From contig BAAFSQ010000006.1 in assembly GCA_054661495.1 (NCBI GenBank), forward strand, positions 30,001 to 62,000: a DNA stretch of 32,000 nucleotides. Reading direction: 5' to 3'. The notes under the pieces were generated by a model that did no database searches, was not told the DNA's origin, and saw only the letters and a list, made by a program, of their open reading frames with translations. Numbering within the stretch: position 1 is the stretch's first letter; every line of letters begins with the position of its first letter. The translations under genes were made by a program, and so were the position numbers. The DNA comes from Zygophlyctis sp. KS116. Taxonomy: Eukaryota; Fungi; Chytridiomycota. Positions 1-9,906 of this stretch are shown one piece after another.

Positions 1-374
1 AAATTCACAATACTAATAAGAAAGCATCATTGTAGGAAATGCGGGCAGATTTTTTGCAGTGAATGTTCTAAATACAGGGGGAAATTAGATTCAAATGCTC
101 ATTTTCATCCGTTTGGATATTTATGCAGACTATGTATATCATGCCATCAAGGGTTTATAGTATCTTTGGATGGGAAAATATGTTCGGATGAGGGAGGGTT
201 AATTGATTCACCGTCAACAGGTAATACATGCGTAGTTTAAATATTACAGCAGAACTTTGCAAGGAAATGACAGATGCGCCTAATGTTTCTTTAAATGTAG
301 ATAATATTAGTCCTGATCAGGCCGAAGGGGCATCGCCGGCCGTTCCTCTAGATTGGCAATGGAGTACCTTTTAG
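1..374 (+). CDS. FYVE zinc-finger protein, 3' part (5' end outside window); 1 intron 221-249
   Basis: Not in the ORF track. Frame 1 reads KFTILIRKHHCRKCGQIFCSECS...RLCISCH, matching the FYVE R(R/K)HHCR and RxC motifs. After a 29-nt GT-AG intron it ends VPLDWQWSTF* (TAG 372-374). Confidence 0.9.
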
Positions 375-392
375 ATTTATTATATACATTAT

Positions 393-3300
393 TTAATATA
401 TCGGCTGAAAGGCTGATTCTGTAGATGGAATCAAGGATTTCAGTGTTTCCCTTTTGAGAAATGAGTCGATTATATCAGTCTCTGGTATCGCTTTGATCTT
501 GCTTTCAGAATGAAGTTCTGCAAGTCGGCGTAATCGTTTTTCATTCAGCTCTTCAATTAATGCTATATCTAATGAAGAATCACTTCTGGTTTCAGAATTC
601 TTATCATTTCGAGCAGTATTTGAGGGAGTTTCTTCCTCTGATGATCTATTCCTCTGCTTTGCCTCTCGTCTTCGAGATCTCGGACGTGATTCAAAAGAAC
701 TAGATTTTTCAAGAATTTTAAAATACCTTAATTTGTCATCATTGAGACTTAAATAGTTTTTAACTTTATCAGCCTGAAAGTTAATGATATTTGCATACCG
801 TTTCTTCTTCAACGTTTAATCGCAATTCATGGGTATCAAAATCATCCATTTCATTTCTATTAATAAAACTTTTAGAACGACTCTACCTTTTAGAAGGTTC
901 TTTTGACAAATATTTAGCTAGAAAGTCGTCATCATGATTCCACTTTGCAGTACTACGAAAGTGTCGCATTTGAGGAGACTTCACTTGCGAATTGATCTCT
1001 TTGTGTGCAAGCGATTCTTTCAAATAAGCAAGTTCTTTTTCTTGTTCTTTGAGTAGTGCATTTTGCTTTTTTATATGTCTACCAGGTGTTACATGCAAAA
1101 TAATTACAGCGTTGAGGATTTTTCCGGCTCTATTTCTCTCATGATATCAAAAAAACCAGTATTGTTTCTCTTGTCATATGAAATATCAGATATTGAAGTT
1201 GTATTCGCCTTTTTCTGAATTTCAGGCAATTTGGCGTGACGAGTTGATTCAAAGGTCATTGGGATGCGCATATCGATTTGTATATTTCGTTCTTCACTTT
1301 CTAGCTCCTATATAGTTAGAAATGCAATATTAAATACCCTTTGAATTGCTGCAAGTTGCTGCAATAGCTCTTGAGTCTCCGAAGATGCTGCAACTTTTCC
1401 AGGAACTTGTGAGGGTGGTATATTTGTGATAAATTCATTATTTTGATGATAAGCTGCAGGCAAAGTATTAAATATCTGAGCTTCTGAGATAGGGGCAGGT
1501 GAAGATATCGCTGACATACGTTTCATGAGTGCAGGAACCGGCGGCGACGCAATTCTAGATGGAATAGGCTGAATTCTTGCGACATTATTCACATTAGAAG
1601 CTTCTATCGTATAAAAATAAATTATTTACCTTCGTTCCTTTTTTGTGTAGATTTTTGACGATCATCTGCCAATCGAATTTGTTCTTCATGCTGTTCGGAT
1701 TTCACTTGGCCAGCTTTCTCGCGAGCCTTTCTTTCATTTTCAATTCTGGCTTCTTCTCCTCTTTTCCTTTGATCTTCCAATTCCTTAGCGTACTTTTCTC
1801 TCAGAAACTCTCTTTCTTTTTCTAATCTAAGTTGCTCCCTCTCTTCATCTTCCTTTTTTGCTTTTGCTTGTAAGGCTTTTTCAGCATTTTTTTGAGCTAT
1901 TTGGTTTTTTAATGCATCTTGAATTGAGGCCTGTTCATTCTGTTTTTTTAAAACCTCTGAGCGCTGCCAATCTGGTAACGATTCAATATTTTTCACGCCT
2001 CGAAGGAAATTTTTATTATCACTTTGAGCTGGCATTGAGTCATTCCTTTCATTAGATTGTGTACTATACAGAATTAAACTTATATAAATTACCTTTGGAT
2101 TGTTTGCAAACTGGGTAAAGCTGCAGCGGGAAGAGTACTTAGTAATGTATTTATCTGACTTGGATTAAGAGCTAGTGAGCGAAGAGTTTCTATAAACGGG
2201 TTTGAGCTTGATGCAAAAATATCTTCAGTTTTATAACCACCACTTGGTTGAAAATATTGATTTCCCTGCCCAAAACTATTAGATTCACCACCAGAATTCA
2301 TATTCAAGCCCCCAGTCAATTGTGCTTGATTTGATGTGCTTTGACTGTGATCAATAGCTGGAGGGTACATATCCCTATTAGAATTGGAAAATAAATTAGA
2401 TCCTTGCAGCTCCATCTTATGTCATATATTAAATTATTACATTCTTTCGGGCGCCCCCTCTTCCAGAAAAGTTACCTTCAGTTGAGGTCTTATGTGGAGC
2501 TCCAGCACCACCTTTTCCCCAAGGAGCATAACCTTCGATTTCATTTAATTTCTAAAAATATCAGACATTTAGAAAAAATACACGCTGATCTTCCATTCTA
2601 AGGTTCATTTTTTCTTGTTGTTCTCTTTCCTTCTTTAGCCGAATTTGTTCATCTGCATTAAGTATTAAAATTATTTACTAAGGTCATTCAAGTAATTTTG
2701 TTTTTTTGAATTCGAAGCAGCCTTTTCGTTTGAGTTATTTGGATTATTATAACCTCCCCGACGTGAGACATATGCAACTCTATAATTTAGCAATCACACT
2801 ATAATTACTGATCAGAAGAACCATTTATAATACCACTCTATTTTTTGAATCATCTTGAAAACTTACTTGATTATTAGTATGATTTGGAAAAGAACTTGAC
2901 ATCGCCTTGAATAAGAATTAATTAGTTACCGTGTGTTTTTCTGCTCTTTCTCTGGCCTTTTTTTCTTCGATCTGCTTTTCTATTTATAAAAAAAGTAATA
3001 AATGCATACGCAATTCGGCAGCATAATTTTGGGCCTTTGATTTTGAGGCAGCTGGAGAAATAGAATCAGACTCTGTAAATTCTTGACGATAATTAGATTG
3101 CCTATCAGGATATTGTGATCTTATGGTATTTGGCGGATATTGTGAATTTATTTGGGGCTCTTGATCGCGAAAGCTAACTGGAGGCAATGGCTCTAAATTC
3201 CTCCCATTATTATTGGGACCGTAGTTATCTCTTTGATAACCGCTGTCTGGATATGAAGAATAATTATCATAAGCTGCATAGTAATTATTTTGGTGCATTG

Positions 3301-3784
3301 GAGGCATTGGAGGCGGGTACCATGGTTGATTGTATCGTGGCCAAGGCCCCCCACCTTGATTGCGAAAACTATCAGGAGGCGGGATCCCATAACCTCTATC
3401 AGTTGGGTAATAATTATCATTAGATTCATATCGAGAATGATTAGATTTTGGGGGCGAAGGATTCAGATTTCCAAAAACTCTTTCAGTCTCCAAACTCCGT
3501 AAATCCTTATCATTTCTGCTCCTGTTTGATTCTGCTGCAGCATTATCATAATTATCATAATTGTTTTGAAAATCATTTGCCTCTTCTTTTTGTCTTGGAT
3601 GCGTTATTGATGTTTGGATTGGGGCATTTATTGCTCGAAGCCGTCGTAATCTGGGATTTTCTCGCGCTTGCTTATCTAGAAAGGACTTCATATCCCTTGC
3701 TCTTTCTTCCTTAAGAGCTCTTTGATGATCATAACGCTCAGAAGGCATGTTTAGTGATACCAATGGTGCGTTACTCGCCAGCAT
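393..3784 (-). CDS. CSPP1: CSPP1-like centrosome/cilium coiled-coil protein; 13 introns of 24-30 nt
   Basis: Joins ORFs 2984-3805, 2089-2415, 1622-2035, 1308-1592, 883-1098 and 393-812 through introns 2980-3009, 2906-2929, 2838-2866, 2780-2808, 2653-2678, 2552-2581, 2416-2440, 2064-2092, 1604-1629, 1308-1337, 1079-1107, 857-886 and 774-798. Contains the CSPP1-type motif YAPWGKGGAGAP, Y..EL..QI..K repeats and C-terminal ELNEKRLRRL. First ATG is 3784. Confidence 0.75.
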
Positions 3785-3805
3785 CGGTGTTTTTATTATT
3801 TTCAA

Positions 3806-4757
3806 CTACATAAAAAATACGGTTGACATCACTCCGTTCCAAATTTTGGTAAACAATGTGGTGTCTTCTTCTTCTTGTCCCAAAATTACATTTTCATCTT
3901 CAAAACTATCTTCATCCTCTTCAGCAAAAAAGTGATTTAAACTTGAGTTGGATTTTTCCTTTTCATCCAAAACTACTCTTGATCGTGTTGATCTTGTCGA
4001 TAAGGGGGTAATAGTCTTTTCTTCTATGAGCATTTTTGATCGTGTTGATCTTACTGAAGATGGACTTTTTGTTCTTTTACGTTTTACAGATCCCTTTTCT
4101 GAACCTTTATCTACAAATGATAATTCTTTTTTAGGAGTTTTAACTTGATTTATGATTTGAACAGGCTTCTCAACTTGATTTACATTTTCGTTAATTATAA
4201 TTTCTTCCAAAGTCTCTTTTTTGGGTTTGGTAACTTTTTGGGCCTTCATGGCTGCCCTTCTTGCTGGAGTTACATCAGAAATCTCTTTTGTAAATGGCCT
4301 AATGGTAAGTTAATATGATCTTACTTTAAATCCATTACTGGTGCTTTTTTGACCGTATTTCTTGGTAAATAAGATCTAGTCATCATTTTCTTTTTGATTT
4401 GGACATTTTCTTTCAAGATTTCAATTTTTTTCTCTACTGGTTTTCCTTTGAGGGCAGAAACGATTTGTCCGACAACTGGTGAATCCTTTGTAATTCTCTT
4501 TCCTCTAGTCTTTTTTGATTCTAGAGGAGTCTGTAAAACTTGAGATGAATTAAACAGTCCTAACTGATGCATTCGCTGACGAATCTAAATCGTTTAAAGA
4601 AAAATTGATTTACTTGAGCAACTCTTTTAACATTTTTCAACTCCTTCTTGATTGCAAGAACATTATCGCCATGAATCTCGGCTGCATATTTTAATAAATC
4701 ATCCTATTTTGATAAGATAAGGTCATGTACCTGTTCGATAGACCATTCTGCCGACAT
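3806..4757 (-). CDS. Myb/SANT-like N-terminal domain protein with a basic disordered body and hydrophobic C-terminal tail; introns 4704-4730, 4585-4613, 4299-4324
   Basis: Spliced N-terminus MSAEWSIEQDDLLKYAAEIHGDNVLAIKKELKNVKRVAQIRQRMHQLGL resembles the Myb/SANT pattern W..E.D.LL.....HG...I......Q.R.R. It continues into ORFs 4321-4572 and 3806-4249. Confidence 0.6.
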
Positions 4758-4760
4758 TTT

Positions 4761-4786
4761 AACGCGACTCTTTAACGTGTCGCGTT
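4761..4786. promoter_or_regulatory. 8-bp inverted repeat of CGCG-core sites (E2F/SBF/MCB-like)
   Basis: AACGCGAC-N10-GTCGCGTT is a perfect inverted repeat lying 3 nt upstream of the ATG at 4757. Confidence 0.45.
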
Positions 4787-5052
4787 TTGGACTTTACTAC
4801 TATTGGTTGAACGATACCTCTAGCTTAATTCAATACATATCATAGTCTCTGATTTATCCCTCTTATTTCTTAATTTTATTCAAAATAAATCACCTGATAT
4901 ATTTTATCAAAATTGTGCATGCACTCCCCCTCCTAGCCGTAAAGTATGTTCAGATCATGATTCATTTCAATACAGGTTGGATCATTCAGATCCTGATTAG
5001 CCATCTTTTATCCTTAAGATTTATAGTGAAGATTTGTCGTGGCATTTTAGAA

Positions 5053-5110
5053 GCGGCATGTGGGGAGTCTCGATATCGTCTCTATTCGAGACGCCGTCTT
5101 TGCATGCCGC
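5053..5110 (+). other. GC-rich stem-loop upstream of the PHI-1 gene
   Basis: GCGGCATGTGGGGA (5053-5066) pairs with TCTTTGCATGCCGC (5097-5110) using 4 G-U pairs. GTCTCGA (5067-5073) pairs with TCGAGAC (5086-5092). Confidence 0.6.
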
Positions 5111-5125
5111 AATGTACTTGTTCAA

Positions 5126-6015
5126 ATGTATTTTCATTCAATTATATACCTTTGTATACTCTTTACTATATCTGCTAGTCAAGACGCACCTGTTGGAATC
5201 CATTACAATATCGGAGCTCCAGTCATGACTGGTCAAGTCAATCTTTATCATATTTACTATGGTGATTGGAGCAGTGGTTCATCTAGATGGAATCCAAATG
5301 GTGATGGTAAAAGTCTGATTGAAGATTTTGCTAGAAATATTGGAAAATCAGACTGGTACAAAACTAATCGGTTATATTATTATCAACAATCTCCAAATGG
5401 TCCAAAGACTTTTATTTCTGACAATGTTACCTTTAAGGCTGGAGTAGTTGATAGGTACTCTCTTGGTAGATCAAAAACCAGACTGTCCGATTCAGATATT
5501 TTTCAAATTTTAACTCGACATATACCTGGTTTCAATGGTGGCGCTCCTGATCCCCGTGGAGTATACTTTATATTAACTTCTCCTGATGTAACTGCCTCAT
5601 CTGGATTTTGTACCGAGTATTGTGGATGGCATACATACCGACCCATCTCTTCTGTTCCTGTGAAATTCTCATTTGTTGGAGTTCCACCAACCGTATGTCC
5701 TTGTTATACTCAAAAGAAGGGCTCGCCTAATGGATTACTAGCCGTAGAATCAATGCTTAGTGTATACGCTCATGAGTTGGCAGAAACAGTCTCAGATCCA
5801 GAGTTGAACGCTTGGGTAGATGATACACCGAATAGCGAGAATGCAGATAAATGCGTGGTAAGTGTTTATTTTTATTTTTAAATTTATAGTCAGAATTTGG
5901 AAATGTGCGGTCTACTGGATCTTCCGCCACTGGCTCTTTTAATGAAGTTGTTGGATCAAAGAGGTACTTGCTTCAAACAAACTTTGATCCTACAACTGGA
6001 GAGTGCAGCACATAA
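5126..6015 (+). CDS. Secreted PHI-1/EXORDIUM-like (phosphate-induced protein 1 family) protein; intron 5858-5889
   Basis: Signal peptide MYFHSIIYLCILFTISASQD. Family motifs include VNLYHIYYGDW, GVYFILTSPDV, GFCTEYCGWH, SPNG, AHELAETVSDPELNAW and ENADKC. The spliced C-terminus is ...KRYLLQTNFDPTTGECST*. Confidence 0.85.
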
Positions 6016-6105
6016 TTGTTTATAAACATTTTTTATTATTCTCTATTAAAAACAGTGCAATAAATCATAGAATCCATGATAAAACCCTAGCGAATATTTT
6101 GTAAA

Positions 6106-6621
6106 ATGTCAATTCAAGTGAATTCTCGGGGAATCCCCATGGCCCCATTCGTAGAAAAAGTAGAAACCTTTGTCCAACCAGGTGAAGAAGAGTCTACACT
6201 CTCTAAATTTCAAGAAATGGTCTCCAAGTATAAATTCATGGAAACTCATCTTTTACAAAGAAAAGCATCTTTGGAATCTAAAATACCTGAAATTACAAAT
6301 ACTTTACAAATGGTTGAATTTCTTAAAGATCAAGAATCTCCTCTAGTCACTCAATTTGAATTAGGCGATACTCTATGGGCAAATGCAACTGTCCCTCCTT
6401 CTAAATCAGTTAATTTGTGGTTGGGTGCAAATGTAATGTTGGAGTATCCAATAGATGAAGCTCAATCTTTATTATCTGAAAAATTGACATCTGCAAAAAT
6501 CTCTTTATCTCAAGTCAATGAAGATTTATCCTTTATAAAGGATCAAATAACTACAATGGAAGTTAATATTGCTAGAGTATATAATTATGACGTCAAAATA
6601 AGAAGAAGTAAAAAGGCTTAA
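6106..6621 (+). CDS. PFDN3: Prefoldin subunit 3 (VBP1/PAC10)
   Basis: Motifs RGIPMAPFVEKV, KYKFME, VNLWLGANVMLEY and QITTMEVNIARVYNYDVK. Intronless. Confidence 0.96.
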   Translation: MSIQVNSRGIPMAPFVEKVETFVQPGEEESTLSKFQEMVSKYKFMETHLLQRKASLESKIPEITNTLQMVEFLKDQESPLVTQFELGDTLWANATVPPSKSVNLWLGANVMLEYPIDEAQSLLSEKLTSAKISLSQVNEDLSFIKDQITTMEVNIARVYNYDVKIRRSKKA

Positions 6622-7231
6622 TACTTGTATTTTCCTTTTTTAAAGAATATATATCTGAAATTTCTTTTGAGATTTCCTGAATTGACCGTGATCCAACTTG
6701 AATTATTTCAGGTCTTGTATTTAATTCATCAAAGACTTTAGTAAAACATTCTGCTACTTTTAACTGAAATTCAAGATTTTCATACTTTTCTAGTCCATAC
6801 TCTGATCTTTTAGAAGCTTCTTTTGGATCTAGATTTAAGTAAAAGACTAAATCTGGCCTTAAAAGACCCTTATCAGGACAAATACACCAATCTAGATCTA
6901 ATCCTTTAGAATGAGAATAAGCTATTCCAGAATATACATATCTATCAGCAATGACCGTAATTCCAGAATTTAATTTTTCCAAGAGAGAATTTTGAAGTTC
7001 CCAACGGTTAGCAGAGAATAATAAATGAATGGTTTGATCATTAAGAGCAGTCACGTTTGTTAAATAGTTTTGGATTAATGGTCCGGTTGATGCGTTTTGA
7101 CGTTCTGGATATTTAAAAATTTCAGCTTTTAGAGATTTTAAAGTAATAAATTCCTGTAATAATTTTACTTGAGTAGATTTCCCTGCTCTGTCACATCCTT
7201 CAAAAACAATGAATTTTCCCCTGCGAGTCAT
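6593..7231 (-). CDS. CDC8: Thymidylate (dTMP) kinase
   Basis: P-loop MTRRGKFIVFEGCDRAGKSTQ, plus HLLFSANRWE, DRYVYSGIAYS and PDLVFYL. The first ATG is 7231; the ORF-track start at 7294 is a TTG. Confidence 0.96.
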   Translation of the reverse strand: MTRRGKFIVFEGCDRAGKSTQVKLLQEFITLKSLKAEIFKYPERQNASTGPLIQNYLTNVTALNDQTIHLLFSANRWELQNSLLEKLNSGITVIADRYVYSGIAYSHSKGLDLDWCICPDKGLLRPDLVFYLNLDPKEASKRSEYGLEKYENLEFQLKVAECFTKVFDELNTRPEIIQVGSRSIQEISKEISDIYSLKKENTSIKPFYFFLF

Positions 7232-7512
7232 TTTAAATTTTTTAAACCAAGAGCGGCGCCAACAAAGGAAGGACGGATAATAGAAAAGGAACAATGAACT
7301 CTATAAGAATAAATTAATTAATAAACCTAATAATTGTTTATAAGAATTTAGAAATTATTGCTAATAAGAATTTAGGAGATTAACTAGCAGATCTCTATAG
7401 TACAATACTAGATTATGAGTTGTAAATTGAGAATAAATAGAGAATAAATCATTCTTTTTCTAATTTAATTCCCTTGAAATTCCGTATCTAAAATTTTCAA
7501 TTAGAAATTTTG

Positions 7513-9865
7513 ATGTCCTTTTCTAATGACTGGTTGGGCATCGAAGGTGAGGAATCAAAAGGTGAGGAATGAGTTGTAAAAGATTAGATTCAAAGGAAAA
7601 AGAAGTGGATTACATGTCGGTTCTAAGGCAGCAGCAGATTTTGGCATATCGGCAGGAAATGATCAAGAGACAGCAACAATTACAATTACAGGCAAGAAAT
7701 GTGGCAGAGGTTGGAAATTATCCTTTATTACAACAACAGCAACTATTACAGAGACAGATCAACTCAATGCCTACTTCAGTATCACAATCACAAAGCTATC
7801 AAGCGAAAATTCAACAAATGCAGTTAATTCAGCGGCAATTGATGCAGCAAAACAGTTTAAATCAGGGATCGTTGCCGAGATCTAATAGTATGTTGGGAAA
7901 TCCGATGCTTACAGGAAATAATACAATTCCAAGCGTGCCAAATATTTCAAATATGCCCAATATGCCCAATATGCACCATAAAATATCATCTCCGGTTCTT
8001 CCGCCCAATTCGAATGTGGGATCAAGTTGGCCTGCGAATGGTTCTGTTGATCACTGGACTAAAGGTTATTTGAATTTCATGAAAAATATTGGTAAAGAGG
8101 TTACGTCTATTCCAAATATTAATGGACAAATATTGAATTTAAAGAACTTTGTAGGTTATGTTGTGGATTTAGGAGGCTTTGATAAGGTGGGATTTGAAGA
8201 TTAATATATAGGTTATGAGTGAAAATAAATGGTCACAGGTTGCTTCAATGATGGGTCTTGGTTCTGATGTATCGGAAAAAGTAGCTTATTTATATAAATC
8301 ATTATTGTTGGATTTTGAAAGGAGGGTTTTTCCTGGACTTTCGGTTTTGGCACAGGCCGAAATTAAGAAAAAAATGGTTAATATTCCACTCAAAAATAAC
8401 AATGATCAAATTGAAGCAAGTAGGCTTATTCAAGCACAGATTCTAAATCAAACAAATGATGCAAATTCTCCTAGGCTGGTAAGTTAATTTTGATTAAGAA
8501 AAGGTGGATTCCCCCTATGGTAGTCCTGCACCCGATTTTTTTACTGATACACCAGCATCGCCTTATATGAATTCTACAGTAAAAGAATCAGATCCAAATC
8601 TATATATGCCAAAAGTAAGAAAGGTTTCGTCTTTTGGTGGCTATGATCCTGCTATTCTGGATTTGGCAATTTCTTCTCAAAAACATTCATTATCATCCTT
8701 AGGTAAGTCAATTTTTTTAAATTTAGGCGTGATTGACTTGTATCGTGTTAAGATGAGTTTTAAATCACAGCTTGATAGTGATTGCCAGTATGCTATTGAT
8801 TCTTTCCTAGCTATTTCAACACAACGGTGGACCACTATTACTCTTGATAAATATTCGGAAATGATTGATGCATTCTTTGATTTATTATATAAAAGCCTTT
8901 TGGAAGCATTTGGAGATAATCAATCTGAAATTACCTTCAATTCTCAGGAAAATATTTCTTACATCAATCTTTATGAAATGGAAATGGAATCTATGATTCA
9001 ATTAAGGACTGATTTTGAGTCAACTTTTGAAAACTCAAAACAGATGCTTGCTGAGAGAATTCTGGCTATGTCTACAGCATTGAGAAACTTTTCATTTGAT
9101 ACAGAAAATGCACTTTTCCTATCGAAGCATGTTTCATTTTGGCCTGTTATTCATTTAATTTTACTCATTTGTATGGATAGTCCGACAAAAAGATGCAGTC
9201 CTTTAACTTTGAAAGAGGCAGGAATCTTGGATCATCGAAAAAATCTGGTTATAATTTTCTCAAATATTGGATCTGATATAGATTTACCAACCAAATCTTC
9301 TCAACTTATCATGAATCTCTTGGAAGACTTTTTGTTAATTCAAGACTCTATATATTCTTACTCAGCACTTGAAGCGCTTGCAAAGTTATCACTGGTCGAA
9401 GAAAATCACAAGTTTTTTGTTTTAGCCTCGAATTTAAAGTCTCTTATTTCACATGGGGCGAAATTTCTGCCAGATCAGAGCTTTAATTCAAAATCTCCTC
9501 AAAATGTTGTTGCCCAATGGGAACTCGCTTCCCTCTTTATTTATAATATTTCGGCTATGGATGATGATTGTGGCAGATTGATAATCGCAGGATCGCAAGA
9601 TCTGATTAAATCTATCATTCGGATTTCTACTGCTGGGCTGAAACTTGGAAATGACCTGGAAGATGATTACATCCGGATTATAACCATAAGGATGCTTAAA
9701 TGTATAAGAGAATTATCTTCAAATGCAGATTGTAGAAACTCGCTATGGAGATTTGAGAGTAAATTCCTCAGAATGATAATGGCGACTAAAGTGATGCGCT
9801 CGTCTCCAGCATTTAAGAATGAGGCTGGACTAATACTCTCAGATATATTAAGCGATTTAAAATGA
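7513..9865 (+). CDS. ARID1/SWI1-like SWI/SNF subunit (Q-rich N-terminus, ARID domain, ARM-like C-terminus); introns 7562-7587, 8187-8211, 8479-8503, 8703-8726
   Basis: The ARID domain P.INGQILNL...VVDLGGFDKV|MSENKWSQVASMMGL...YKSLLLDFE is restored by splicing. The C-terminal part has LGVIDLYRVKMSFKSQL, LRNFSFDTENALFLS and ALEALAKL, typical of the Swi1/BAF250 C-terminal region. Confidence 0.8.
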
Positions 9866-9906
9866 AAATAGAAGTAAGGACCTTAATAAACTGATGTTAT
9901 TAAAAC

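Noticed and set aside
1643-4148. Short plus-strand ORFs (1643, 1858, 2404, 3187, 3290, 3448, 3747, 3948) and alternate-frame minus ORF 3193
   Set aside because: Antisense or alternate-frame shadows of CSPP1 and the Myb-like gene, mostly with non-ATG starts and no recognisable motifs.
5053-5110. Hairpin as a tRNA, SECIS or H/ACA snoRNA
   Set aside because: No cloverleaf or T-loop, no AUGA/GA quartet, not in a 3'UTR, and no H or ACA box at the expected positions. Kept only as an unexplained structure.
7300-7450. ATAAGAAT three times and a GAGAATAAATA tandem in the TMK/ARID spacer, as a CRISPR or mobile repeat
   Set aside because: Short, irregular, AT-rich low-complexity sequence with no repeat-spacer periodicity or terminal repeats.
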